Shown here one piece after another: positions 1-8,942 of a stretch of 25,505 nucleotides of DNA (position 1 is the first letter of the stretch; each line of letters opens with the position of its first letter). Both the position numbers and the translations under genes were made by a program. The stretch lies in the IMG/VR virus record IMGVR_UViG_3300016467_000606, positions 1 to 25,505 of that record; one strand, given 5' to 3'. The notes under the pieces were generated by a model. It was not told the DNA's origin. It saw only the letters and a program-made list of their open reading frames with translations, and searched no databases. Source of the stretch: a virus. Its lineage: Duplodnaviria; Caudoviricetes.

Positions 1-705
1 CTGACGCTTCTCGTCGTATGGATCGCCACCCAGGATTCGATCAGCTTCCGCCACCTGCGCCTTGCGAAGCGCACTCTTGAAGCGCTCCGGCAGCGTGTTG
101 AACTGCGCCGGCGTCAGAATGGCCAGGTTGCCGTTGAAGATGAACAGGCTGTTGCGAGCCACATAGGACGACTGGAATTGACCTTCTGGCACGTACTGGA
201 GCGAGTCCTGCCCGAAGTTCACGTTGGAGTTCAGCAGATTGAAGTTCAACTGAACGATGCGCTCACGCGCATCAATCAACGCCGCAATCCGCTGCTCCTC
301 GCTTGCCGAGTCCCACGCCTCAAGCGCGGGAATGTCCAGCGCTGTCAGCAGTGCCTCCGAGTAGGTCTGGAACGAGTTCAGGCCCGTTTGCAGAGGCGAG
401 GTCGAGGTCAGCGCGTAAGCCTGGCTGAGAATGATGGTGTTGCCGCCGGCAACGCAATAGAGTTCGACGTTGCGAATCTCCCTGGTTGCGCCGACAGCGA
501 CCGTGTTCACGGCGGCCGGAATCTGCAACGTCACCGATGTGGCGTCAGTTGCCACGCTCACGTTCGTCGGGCCGATCAGTTCGCTGCCGGCCTGGTTCGT
601 GACGCGATACTTGGCGCTCGTGACCACAAGCTGATTGCCAGCCTGGTCAACGAATGGAATGACGACCGAGACATCGGTTCCGCCGAGATAGACCGCCGTC
701 GTCAT
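1..705 (-). CDS. Head-tail adaptor-like virion protein with N-terminal beta-rich extension (partial, runs off window)
   Basis: Not in the ORF track; hand-translated from ATG 705 (TGATG overlap with the upstream gene), open to position 1: MTTAVYLGGTDVSVVIPF...NSFQTYSEA...WDSASEEQRIAALIDARERI...LPERFKSALRKAQVAEA. The C-terminal half resembles siphovirus adaptor (DnaT-like/Ad1) patterns, and its position after the capsid gene fits. Confidence 0.65.
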   Translation of the reverse strand, partial: MTTAVYLGGTDVSVVIPFVDQAGNQLVVTSAKYRVTNQAGSELIGPTNVSVATDATSVTLQIPAAVNTVAVGATREIRNVELYCVAGGNTIILSQAYALTSTSPLQTGLNSFQTYSEALLTALDIPALEAWDSASEEQRIAALIDARERIVQLNFNLLNSNVNFGQDSLQYVPEGQFQSSYVARNSLFIFNGNLAILTPAQFNTLPERFKSALRKAQVAEADRILGGDPYDEKRQ

Positions 706-1181
706 CACTGATCTCCGATGCGGGGCGTACCCTGCTTTGCCAGGATGCCGTCAATGATCTCGACGATCGACTTGCCTTTCACGCCCACGGTGTCGCCCAG
801 CTTGCGCAGGCCGGCAATGCCTTCCTTGTCCGCGATCGCGGACAGTTCGTCGTAGGTGTACTTGGGCGCGTCACCCGCCGGCTCTTCAGCAGGCTTCTCC
901 TCTGGCTTTTGAGGCTTCGGAGGTTCGTCGTCGCCCTCGACAGGCATGCTCATGTTGTTGATGTCGTCGCCGCCAACAAAGGCAGGAACGTGCATCTGGT
1001 TCAGGTACATTTCGCCGACGTTTGCGGCCGAACCGTCTTCCCACTCAGCGCCGATGGCAGCGGAGATGCGAATCGCGTCGATCGGCAGAACTTCAGTTTC
1101 CGACAGGCCGTCCTTGAACATCACCACGCCCATCTGGCCGGTGTATGTCTCGAAGCCCGCTTGTGTGAGTCGCAGTTTCAT
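705..1181 (-). CDS. Post-capsid hypothetical virion-associated protein with C-terminal HeH/Rho-N-like helical motif
   Basis: 158 aa, GGAGG RBS. N-terminus is paralogous to 1191-1463; Pro/Glu linker, then helical YTYDELSAIADKEGIAGLRKLG...IIDGIL. Confidence 0.6.
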   Translation of the reverse strand: MKLRLTQAGFETYTGQMGVVMFKDGLSETEVLPIDAIRISAAIGAEWEDGSAANVGEMYLNQMHVPAFVGGDDINNMSMPVEGDDEPPKPQKPEEKPAEEPAGDAPKYTYDELSAIADKEGIAGLRKLGDTVGVKGKSIVEIIDGILAKQGTPRIGDQ

Positions 1182-1190
1182 GAAGCCTCC

Positions 1191-1463
1191 TTATTCAGCG
1201 GCTTCTTGCGGCTGCTCCTTGCCGGCGGCTTCAGTCTCGTCTTTGGGTTCGTCGTTGCCGGCGGTGGGCAGCGGCGGCTCTTCGACAGGCTCAGACTTCT
1301 CTTCCGCTTTGGCGGGCACGTACTCTTCGACGGAATACAGGCCAGCAAGCGTTTCAGCTTCGAGCTTGCCGACATGATCGACAGACACGCCGTCTTCGAA
1401 CTCGACATTGCCGATGAAGCCGGTGAAGTTCTCGAAGCCCTCTTGGGTGATCTTCAATTGCAT
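1191..1463 (-). CDS. Post-capsid hypothetical protein (acidic tail), paralog of 705-1181
   Basis: ATG 1463 (MQLKITQEGFENFTGFIG) with GGAAGG RBS; 90 aa. Confidence 0.65.
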   Translation of the reverse strand: MQLKITQEGFENFTGFIGNVEFEDGVSVDHVGKLEAETLAGLYSVEEYVPAKAEEKSEPVEEPPLPTAGNDEPKDETEAAGKEQPQEAAE

Positions 1464-1480
1464 TTTTGTTCCTTCCAATG

Positions 1481-1508
1481 AAAAAGGCGAGCCTTTTGGA
1501 CTCGCCTT
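1481..1508 (-). terminator. Intrinsic terminator after major capsid gene
   Basis: Minus strand AAGGCGAG-tccaaaagg-CTCGCCTT-TTT. Confidence 0.75.
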
Positions 1509-1537
1509 ATTCTACGTCACTACTGACTGATCTGCAA
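1509..1537 (-). promoter_or_regulatory. Sigma70-like promoter with GTCA-N4-TGAC box in spacer
   Basis: TTGCAG-17 nt-TAGAAT; box GTCACTACTGAC at 1516-1527. Confidence 0.6.
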
Positions 1538-1538
1538 C

Positions 1539-2450
1539 TTAGACGTTGGTAACGCCTTGCAGACGAGCAATCGAACGAGTGGACTTGAGCGCGAGGCCGG
1601 TGTACCACTTCAGACGGATGCGGGTAGCGTCCTTGTTTTGCACGGTGCCGATGTTCTCGACCACGATGCCGGCGTCAGGGCCGCCGTACAGACCATGCAG
1701 GCCGTCCAGTTCGTTCATACGCAGAGCGTAGACCGAGCAGGTGTTGGCGTTGCTGCCCTTGGTTTCGCCGCCGTCCAGGAACTCGTTCATGATGACGGGG
1801 ATGCCATTGTGGGTCAGCATCGGGCGGCCGAAGTTCTCAAGCTGCTGCATCACGGCGTCGGTGCCGTAAGTAGCGCGCAAGAGGCCACGGAACGCACGGA
1901 TGGTGCCGCGACGCATCACGATCACGTCAGCGCCGTTCGGCACAGCGTCGCACAGTTGGTCCAGCATGCTCAGGGTCAGAGCGTTGCCGTTGGCACCAGC
2001 GTCCACCACTTGCGAAGCGCCAGCGGCAGCAGCCAGGGTCGGCAGGCCGTCGAACTGCTTGGCGTTGGTGCCGGAGTTGCCGGTAGCCAGAGTCTGGTGG
2101 AACGCACGAGCAACAGCTTTGGCCTTCTTGGCAATCTGGATCGCCATCTGGTCGTTGGTGTCACCCATCGTGGTTTGCAGGAACTTGTCGATGTCCACGT
2201 CACCAGCGAGGATGCGCAGCTTCGACACGACTTCGGTGAACGTAGCAGCGCTCTCGTTCACAGGGTCGTTGGGGTCGAGCCAGTCGGCAGAACCCAGCGT
2301 GTTCTCGCGGTTGTAGACATAGGCTTTGCCGTTCACGCCAACGAAGGGCAGAACGGAGAACAGGTCATCGCGCTCGATGATCTGGTCAATCACGCCAGCA
2401 ACGAGTTGGTTATTACTCAGATGCTCGGCTTCAGTACGCAGAAGAGGCAT
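1539..2450 (-). CDS. Major capsid protein (HK97-fold)
   Basis: 303 aa, follows the scaffold gene and is followed by a terminator. Typical motifs LFSVLPF, YVYNRE, LAGDVDIDKF, FDGL, and C-terminal RIRLKWYTGLAL...ARLQGV. Confidence 0.9.
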   Translation of the reverse strand: MPLLRTEAEHLSNNQLVAGVIDQIIERDDLFSVLPFVGVNGKAYVYNRENTLGSADWLDPNDPVNESAATFTEVVSKLRILAGDVDIDKFLQTTMGDTNDQMAIQIAKKAKAVARAFHQTLATGNSGTNAKQFDGLPTLAAAAGASQVVDAGANGNALTLSMLDQLCDAVPNGADVIVMRRGTIRAFRGLLRATYGTDAVMQQLENFGRPMLTHNGIPVIMNEFLDGGETKGSNANTCSVYALRMNELDGLHGLYGGPDAGIVVENIGTVQNKDATRIRLKWYTGLALKSTRSIARLQGVTNV

Positions 2451-2500
2451 TTCTTATCCTTTCAATGGAATCAATCACTATTCCGGCACTCAAGTCGCTC

Positions 2501-2564
2501 TAAGTCACCGATGAGGAAGGACTGTATCTGAAAAGTCCACTTTTGTCAAGTCATCGGTGACTTA
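2501..2564 (-). promoter_or_regulatory. Capsid promoter flanked by two operator boxes
   Basis: TTGACA(2544-2549)-17 nt-TACAGT(2521-2526); perfect 14-bp inverted repeat TAAGTCACCGATGA (2501-2514) / TCATCGGTGACTTA (2551-2564). Confidence 0.75.
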
Positions 2565-2583
2565 TTTTTATGCCATCACTTTT

Positions 2584-3474
2584 TCAAGCAATTTTGAGCG
2601 CTTTGAGTCCACCAGCAATCTTGGAGATACCGTCTTGCGGAGCTTCGCTCTTCATGCCGGTGGGCTTCTTCGATTCCGACGAAGCGCCAGGCTTGATCTT
2701 GCTCTTGAGCAGATGCTCCTTGTCCGGATCGCTCTCCACGATCTTGCGCAGCGCTTCCTCGAAATTCACGGCATTGCCGTACTGATCGACGATAGCGGTG
2801 CGGTTGGCCGCGCCACGCGGCTTGTCGTAACCCACAACCTGACCGTTCTCCACGTCGAAGTGATCGCCGTAGACCACGCGAGCCTTGCTCGGGGTCAGCG
2901 TCAGTTCTTCCGCGATGAACTTGGACTGGCTGAACTGGCTGCCGATGCTCAGTTCCGTCATCTGGCTCTGGGCACCCTTGAGGTCATTGGTCAGTTTCTC
3001 GATCTGAGCCTTCAGCGTGTTGACTTCGGCACCATGAGCTTCGGCCATGCGAGTCTTCAAACGATCCCACTCGCCTTTCGCTTCGAGTTGCTTTTCCTCG
3101 GCCGAACGCTGATCGTCCAGCAGCTTGCGCACGGCTTCCGGGTCGATGCCGTCGAACTTCTTCAGGGCCTCTTGAGCCTTGGCCAGTTCGTTGTTTGCAC
3201 GCTCCAGCGCCTCTTTCTTGCGCATGTTCTCCTTGATCAGACGAGCCTCTTCATCAGAGGGCTTGCGACCGCCGGCACCTTTGCCGTCGCCGCCTTTGTC
3301 GTCATCGTTGGAACCACCGGCTGCGCCTGCGCCCTTGCCGTCGGCACCTTTGCCGTCGTCAGAGCCGCCTGCACCACCATCTCCACCAGCGGAGCCACCG
3401 CCACCGCCGCCTGCACCGCCGTCATCGCCTTGAGGGGCCATGTACTTGAGGGCTACATTTCGGGTCACAAACAT
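2584..3474 (-). CDS. Capsid scaffolding protein
   Basis: 296 aa between portal and capsid; Gly/Asp-rich disordered N-terminus, long coiled coil, C-terminal KIAGGLKAL helix. Confidence 0.8.
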   Translation of the reverse strand: MFVTRNVALKYMAPQGDDGGAGGGGGGSAGGDGGAGGSDDGKGADGKGAGAAGGSNDDDKGGDGKGAGGRKPSDEEARLIKENMRKKEALERANNELAKAQEALKKFDGIDPEAVRKLLDDQRSAEEKQLEAKGEWDRLKTRMAEAHGAEVNTLKAQIEKLTNDLKGAQSQMTELSIGSQFSQSKFIAEELTLTPSKARVVYGDHFDVENGQVVGYDKPRGAANRTAIVDQYGNAVNFEEALRKIVESDPDKEHLLKSKIKPGASSESKKPTGMKSEAPQDGISKIAGGLKALKIA

Positions 3475-3551
3475 TGTTTTTACCTTTCAGACCGTTCGCT
3501 TGGTCGTTGAGTTGAGGGTGAGCCGCCAAGTCGCTTCGGCGGCCCTGGGTT

Positions 3552-5198
3552 TCAAGGCGCAGTGTTGTTCTGGCCTTGTTTGTTGTCTTTCGGGTCTTTC
3601 TTGACCGTCGGACCGCCTTTGACGTTACCGTCCTTCACCGTGTCGCCAGCAGGTTGAGCCGGCGGCACGAGCGAGAGAGGATCGGTAGGCCAATCTTTCA
3701 GAGACTTGTCCAGCTTCTTGCGGAGCGTCTCGCCGATCTGCGGGAACAGCTTGTCCAGCACCGACTTCATCTGCTCTTGGCGCACTTCATCAGGCGCTTC
3801 GATCAGCATCAGACGCGCAGCGATGTCGAACTCGTCGTACAAGCCACGGGTGTCAAAGTCGTCGGGGTAGGACACGAGGTCACGGTCTTCGACCTTGGCC
3901 TCTTCACCGTTCCACGCTGCCACGATTTTCACGATCTTGTTCTCGACCACTTCCAGGCTGTCTGCTTTGGCCGCCAACAGAGCATTCACTCGCTCGAAGT
4001 CGAAGGCTTTTGCGACGCCGCTGGAGTTGTCGATCCCCATCGCGTTGTCCTGTTTGGTGCGCTCACCAGCCAGGCCGACCGTGTGATAAATCTCGGAGAT
4101 GATCTTGTTGATCGTCTCGATAATCATCGAAGCCTGTTTTGGATCGGGCGAGAGGAAAAACGGCTGCGCCCCACCCTCCCCGTCGTACAGGAAGATGCGC
4201 TTCGTGCCCATCTCCGTCAGCTTCGTGTAGTTGTCTTCGCCAGGCAGGACGTTCTGCGCCGGCATGGCCAGTTGAGAGAACGTCTGATCCTGGATGATTG
4301 CGTCCAGGTTCGAGAGGTAGTTGGCAACGGCGCGATCGAGATATGCGATGTCGCCGATCAGCGACGGGGCGCAGTATTCCTCGTCGGAGATGATGTTGTC
4401 AGCCAGCACGACGGGCACGAGGCCCAGGTTGTGCGCGCCTTGATCGACGAGCTTAACCACCTTGCGCCGGCCTTCTTTGACCTCTTGGTACAGTCGCCAC
4501 TCGGTCTTCGTCCAGAGGCGGAAGCGCTCCACTTCGTCGCCCGACGAGTTGATTGGATCATCGTCGTCTCGGACGCATTCCTTGATCAACGCCCAGGTCA
4601 GGTCGCCCATGTCATCGAAGGCGTAGTCCAGAAGCTGCTCTGGCCCCACGATGTAGGCGTAGGTGCGAACACCCGCCTTCTTCTCGTCAGCCCGAGAGAT
4701 CACCGCCTGGCCTTGAGTCGTGTTGTCGATCACAACGCCAACGCGGCCGAGAATCGAAGACTTCTTGGAGATTTGACGCGCCAGGTCTTTGATGCCCAGA
4801 CCGTTGAGGGTTGCCCGCTTCCAGAAGCGCTTCACGCTATCGGGTGCGTCATCCTCGTTGCGACGGATGTTCTGCTTGAACAGGTACTTGTTCAGCAAGT
4901 CCACAACTTCTCGACTGTGGTTGAAGCGGTAGGCTCGCGCCAGACGGTCAGCGAACTCGGTGTCGCCTTCCTTGATGTAGCGGAAGATGTTTTCCCTGAA
5001 CCACTCGCGGCCGCCTTCGTAGGTGTCCTCCAGGAACTCCCAGTGATCCACGTTCTCGCTGTATTCCGGATGACGACGCTCAATCAGGCCGCGCAGCTTT
5101 TTCTGATCGTCGGCGACAGGAGCCACGCCGGCAGACGCAAGTGGGCTTGTCGGGTCAACCGACATGCTCTCGTTGGGTTTCAATTGGAAGGTCGTCAT
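3552..5198 (-). CDS. Portal protein
   Basis: About 548 aa between TerL and scaffold; RHPEY...W...DTYEGG, RLARAYRFN, SSGVAKAFDF motifs. ATG 5198 is preferred because 5222 lies inside the promoter. Confidence 0.85.
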   Translation of the reverse strand: MTTFQLKPNESMSVDPTSPLASAGVAPVADDQKKLRGLIERRHPEYSENVDHWEFLEDTYEGGREWFRENIFRYIKEGDTEFADRLARAYRFNHSREVVDLLNKYLFKQNIRRNEDDAPDSVKRFWKRATLNGLGIKDLARQISKKSSILGRVGVVIDNTTQGQAVISRADEKKAGVRTYAYIVGPEQLLDYAFDDMGDLTWALIKECVRDDDDPINSSGDEVERFRLWTKTEWRLYQEVKEGRRKVVKLVDQGAHNLGLVPVVLADNIISDEEYCAPSLIGDIAYLDRAVANYLSNLDAIIQDQTFSQLAMPAQNVLPGEDNYTKLTEMGTKRIFLYDGEGGAQPFFLSPDPKQASMIIETINKIISEIYHTVGLAGERTKQDNAMGIDNSSGVAKAFDFERVNALLAAKADSLEVVENKIVKIVAAWNGEEAKVEDRDLVSYPDDFDTRGLYDEFDIAARLMLIEAPDEVRQEQMKSVLDKLFPQIGETLRKKLDKSLKDWPTDPLSLVPPAQPAGDTVKDGNVKGGPTVKKDPKDNKQGQNNTAP

Positions 5199-5208
5199 TT
5201 GGGTGCCT

Positions 5209-5238
5209 ATCTTATACGTCACTGGTGACTTATGTCAA
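5209..5238 (-). promoter_or_regulatory. Portal promoter with operator box in spacer
   Basis: TTGACA(5233-5238), then TAAGTCACCAGTGACG, then TATAAG/TAAGAT (16/18-nt spacer). Confidence 0.65.
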
Positions 5239-5241
5239 TGA

Positions 5242-6489
5242 TTAGATCGAAATGCCACCAACTTCGATCTTCCGGACTGGGAATTCCAACTCAATGCAAT
5301 AGCCGCCAGCGTCAGCCGAGTGTTCCACGCCGGCCGCCTTATCGACCTCGCGGGTGCCCTTTTTGTAGATGGTTTGTTCCATCGCGCTGATGAAGTGCTT
5401 GCACTTTTCGTCGATCCGCAGTCTCACCTTTCCGTTGGCGTCGCGCAGCATCCGGTTGACCGCATTCACGCGATCGGCCACCAGCGGGTGCTTCCGACGG
5501 TACTTGATGCGCTTGAATCCCTTCTCGCGCAGGATGTCCATGTCCGTTTCGCCACGAGCGTGCTGGCGCTGGCCGCCGGCAGGGTCGGGATAGACGACGA
5601 TCTGGTTTTGGTGCCGCCAGAAGCGCTTCTCAAGCTCCTCGCACACCTCTTCCGTGTTCGAGCCGAACAGCACGATCTCGTCCACCGCCCACAGTTCACC
5701 ACTGGGCTGCGGCTGGAAAATGATCGTGGACATCGGGTCGATGTTGAAGTCCATACCAACCCAGATCGGCAGCTTCGGGTTGAACTGGTATTTGCCAACG
5801 TGCGTCCGGCGGTCGAACGGGTAGTAAACCCGCCCAGACATCGTTTCGAAGCTGGCTTCAAATTCCTGACGAAAGCTCTTTTCGTCCATGTCATCGCGGG
5901 CCGCCTGGATTTCCGACAGCGGGATGAACGGCGACGTGATGGTCGGGAACTGCCACGATTGCCACTGCATTGCGGCGACCATGCGCGGGTTCTGACCCTT
6001 CTTGTAAAGCTCGTACAGGTAGTTGTACGCCTTCGGGGTGCCGATGAAGATCGCGTGACCGCCCGTGTCGGCCAGGGTTGGTCGCAGCACCAACGTCCAA
6101 ACCTCTTCAGCCATGTCCTGAAACTCGTCCAGCACAAGGAAGTGAATACCGACGCCGCGCAGCGAATCCGGCTTGTCAGCGCCCTTCAGTTCGATCCGTG
6201 TGCCGTTGATCAACGTGATCGTCAGGCTGGTTTCGTTGACCTTGCGAATCCACTTGCGCGGAATCGCATCCATCAAGTCAACCCACATAATCTGCTTGGC
6301 CATCTTGTACGTTGGGGCCACGTACCAGATTTTCTGCTTCTTCTTTTGCGCCTTCTTGATGATCAGAACTCGGGAAAGCGCGGTCTTGCCCCAGCGTCGG
6401 CCGGCCACGACCACCCGATACCGACACTGGGATCGGTAGACCTCCATCTGTTTCGGGTGCAGGGAAAGGCTAACGCGCTGTCGAGTCAT
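5242..6489 (-). CDS. terL: Terminase large subunit
   Basis: Walker A AGRRWGKT, YVAPT, SLRG, Walker B FLVLDE, GTP coupling motif, RNase H-like GMDFN...HSADA. Confidence 0.95.
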   Translation of the reverse strand: MTRQRVSLSLHPKQMEVYRSQCRYRVVVAGRRWGKTALSRVLIIKKAQKKKQKIWYVAPTYKMAKQIMWVDLMDAIPRKWIRKVNETSLTITLINGTRIELKGADKPDSLRGVGIHFLVLDEFQDMAEEVWTLVLRPTLADTGGHAIFIGTPKAYNYLYELYKKGQNPRMVAAMQWQSWQFPTITSPFIPLSEIQAARDDMDEKSFRQEFEASFETMSGRVYYPFDRRTHVGKYQFNPKLPIWVGMDFNIDPMSTIIFQPQPSGELWAVDEIVLFGSNTEEVCEELEKRFWRHQNQIVVYPDPAGGQRQHARGETDMDILREKGFKRIKYRRKHPLVADRVNAVNRMLRDANGKVRLRIDEKCKHFISAMEQTIYKKGTREVDKAAGVEHSADAGGYCIELEFPVRKIEVGGISI

Positions 6490-7124
6490 TACTCCTCCTC
6501 GACCACGCCGTCTTCGTCATCCGTGCCGCTCTCGTCGCTGACATCGACTTCCACTTCGATCTCTTCGATCTCCTGGAAGCTGCGTTGGCGCAGCGACTCG
6601 ATTTGTTCGGCCGTCAGTTCCGAGATCACCAGTTCTGGCACCTCGGTTTCATCCACCACGTCTTTGTCCAGACCCAGAACGGCGTAGCGCTCTTCACGCA
6701 CTTTCTTCAACACAGATGCGGCTGTGTCCAGCGCCTTGAGGTTCATGATCGCCGTGCCCACTGGCACGCCGTCTTGCTTGGCCTTCAGAATCTCCGCCCA
6801 GGTGAGCTTGGCCAGACCACTGGCCATCTTGTAATGCTCTTCTTTGGTTTCGCGGATACGGGCGGCCAGAATCGTCGCGTCTTCCTGCACCGCCTTGACG
6901 ACACTCTCCGTCACGGCCTTTTTGTGCATTTCACGCTTGGATGCAAAGACGATTCCGTGTCGCTTGAAGTGGCGCTGAAACGCCTGGCGCGACAAGCCAT
7001 ACTTTTCTGACAACTGGCCCAGAGTGGCGTCGCCGCTTTCCCACAGCGCTTCCGCTTCAGCCCATTTACGAGCAGACAGTCGAGGCGAGCTATTTCTGGT
7101 TTTCTTCTTCTTTTCTTCTGTCAC
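6489..7124 (-). CDS. terS: Terminase small subunit
   Basis: 211 aa immediately upstream of TerL; N-terminal HTH (W.EAEALWESG..TLGQLSEKYGLSRQAF), helical middle, acidic tail. Confidence 0.75.
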   Translation of the reverse strand: MTEEKKKKTRNSSPRLSARKWAEAEALWESGDATLGQLSEKYGLSRQAFQRHFKRHGIVFASKREMHKKAVTESVVKAVQEDATILAARIRETKEEHYKMASGLAKLTWAEILKAKQDGVPVGTAIMNLKALDTAASVLKKVREERYAVLGLDKDVVDETEVPELVISELTAEQIESLRQRSFQEIEEIEVEVDVSDESGTDDEDGVVEEE

Positions 7125-7143
7125 TTCGAGCCTTCCTCGATAG

Positions 7144-7195
7144 AAAAAAATGGGCGTTGGAGAAGACGCCCGGAGGAGAAAGCCCGTTTGGCGTC
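7144..7195 (-). terminator. Intrinsic terminator with competing antiterminator upstream of terS
   Basis: Minus strand GGGCGT-cttctcca-ACGCCC-ATTTTTTT; upstream GACGCC (7190-7195) can pair with the terminator 5' arm. Confidence 0.55.
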
Positions 7196-7217
7196 GAGTG
7201 TAGTGGAATAGTTAGCC

Positions 7218-7248
7218 ATTATCAAGTCACCCGTGACTGATTGCTCAA
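7218..7248 (-). promoter_or_regulatory. Putative terS promoter with operator box
   Basis: AGTCACCCGTGACT (7225-7238) immediately upstream of GATAAT (7218-7223); weak -35. Confidence 0.5.
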
Positions 7249-7602
7249 AGTAATCCACAACGCCGCAGCCAGCGCATCATCTTCGTCTTCGAACAGCGGA
7301 GTTTCAGCAAGCCATTCGTCTGCGCCGAAGACGCAGAAAGCGTAATCGCCGTCCTGTCGAATAATATGCTGCACGCCGCGCTCTGCCAGCAGTTCTACGG
7401 TCACTTCGGGCGATTGCGTGTATCGCACGCCCGTTGCCCAATTGGACTCGTCCGGCGCGACATCCCATGCCCAGACCTTCATGATGCCGTCCTGCATCTC
7501 GGCGCGCAGACCCAGGAGCCGAGCGATGCTCTGATCCAGGGCTTCCCCGTTTTTGGGGAATTCCCGTCCCGCGACAAATACATCTTTACTTTCAGTCATC
7601 AT
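7222..7602 (-). CDS. Hypothetical protein, possibly phage ABA-sandwich-like
   Basis: Start MMTESK at 7602 avoids overlap with 7667-7999; pattern LDQSIARLLG...RYTQS...ALAAALW. Confidence 0.5.
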   Translation of the reverse strand: MMTESKDVFVAGREFPKNGEALDQSIARLLGLRAEMQDGIMKVWAWDVAPDESNWATGVRYTQSPEVTVELLAERGVQHIIRQDGDYAFCVFGADEWLAETPLFEDEDDALAAALWITLSNQSRVT

Positions 7603-7666
7603 GTACTTATGTCTATATCTATTAACGTGGGAGTCGATTTTCCCGCGAGCGGTTCCGAAGCCCCCG

Positions 7667-7999
7667 TCACGGCTCCAGGAACTCCGTAAGCTCTTGAAAC
7701 GTCTCGTCTTCTTCCACGGAAGCGACGAAGCTCGGCTCCGACTTGCCTGGCCCACCCATCATCGACGCACCCTTTGGCGTGATGCGAATGATCGCCCGCA
7801 GCCGGCCCCGACGCTTCTCTTGAGCGCCCTTCTCGATCAGCCCGTGGTTGACGAGGGCGCGGATGGAGAACTGGATGGATTGCTTGGTCGGCTTGTACGA
7901 CACGCGCTCAATCACTTCGTCCAAGTCGGTTGGCGTGCCGTCGTCGTTGCCGGCGCTGATCACTCTCAGCAGTTCAATCTGTTTGGCTGTCAGGTGCAT
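7667..7999 (-). CDS. Winged-helix DNA-binding protein (MarR/LexA-DBD-like)
   Basis: LTAKQIELLRVI...SIQFSIRALVNHGLIEK...RRGR...IRITPKG. Confidence 0.75.
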   Translation of the reverse strand: MHLTAKQIELLRVISAGNDDGTPTDLDEVIERVSYKPTKQSIQFSIRALVNHGLIEKGAQEKRRGRLRAIIRITPKGASMMGGPGKSEPSFVASVEEDETFQELTEFLEP

Positions 8000-8015
8000 G
8001 GTCTGTCAGGTTGGG

Positions 8016-8942
8016 TTAGGCACGGTACTGCGCTGGCAGCTTCGACAGGTCGAGTGGCGCGTCCGTGGGCTGGTTATCGAAGGCCAAGATGGGCAGTCGA
8101 GGGGGCAGCTTGGATTTTGCTTTTTCATCGCTTGCATCGGGGTTCAGGTACACCCCGTACAGCGGACTGGCCAACGTCAACTGCTGGAGCGACTTGAGCA
8201 GGTAGCCCACTTCCATGTTGTCGCGACGATCCTCACCGCGAAACCGAGCGTTGCCCGTCTTCTCCAATGCCGAGGATGCGTAGTAGAACTTGCGCATCTC
8301 CGCGACACACTTCTCGCGCACCGCCCTTGGCATGCCCTCGATCTCTTTCATGATGCCCACGTAGTCCGACGGATTCGATTCAAACCAGCGACGGAAGAAC
8401 TCCAGACCCTTCTCGAACTTCGCCGAGCGCTTTGGTTTCGTGAACCGAATGCCGGCTTTGCCCGCGAACGGGTTGAACTTGGACATCGAAGATTGGAATT
8501 CGATCACCTGGCAACCAGTCATCCGCATCATCAGGTTCTGCATGCGATAGGCAATGCCGGCACCGCGATACATCGTGTCCAGAACCAGCCGGCTGTTAGT
8601 GCAGGCGTGGTCATTGATCCACATGGCGCGATGTCGGTTGATCAGCCGCGTGTCCATGCCGCCCGTGTTTGGTTTCAGGTGTTCGAACACCTCGTTGCGG
8701 CCGGACAAGAGAATCTTGGGCACGGTCATCACGCCAACGCCGATCGTTCTGCCTTGAAGCACACAGCGGTAGATGCGCGGGCCAATGCCCAGGCTTTCTG
8801 CCTTGTAGTGCAGTTCGTGAAGCAGGTTCCAGTCGTCGATGTCGCCGCGTTCCACGTAGCACTCGTCCAGCAACGAGAGCATGTGGTTTTGGGGAACGGC
8901 GCGGCGTTCGATCCGGATGTCGGCGTTGTCGCAGACAGCCAT
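8016..8942 (-). CDS. GNAT-fold acetyltransferase of the ABC-ATPase-associated (COG2401/Mom-like) type
   Basis: LHELHY, SRLVLDTMYRGAGIA (acetyl-CoA motif A) and MSKFNPFAGKAG; cognate ABC ATPase lies 700 nt upstream. Confidence 0.75.
   Translation of the reverse strand: MAVCDNADIRIERRAVPQNHMLSLLDECYVERGDIDDWNLLHELHYKAESLGIGPRIYRCVLQGRTIGVGVMTVPKILLSGRNEVFEHLKPNTGGMDTRLINRHRAMWINDHACTNSRLVLDTMYRGAGIAYRMQNLMMRMTGCQVIEFQSSMSKFNPFAGKAGIRFTKPKRSAKFEKGLEFFRRWFESNPSDYVGIMKEIEGMPRAVREKCVAEMRKFYYASSALEKTGNARFRGEDRRDNMEVGYLLKSLQQLTLASPLYGVYLNPDASDEKAKSKLPPRLPILAFDNQPTDAPLDLSKLPAQYRA

Noticed and set aside
3270-3430. GCC/GGC-rich repeats in the scaffold gene
   Set aside because: Ordinary coding of a Gly/Asp-rich disordered N-terminus.
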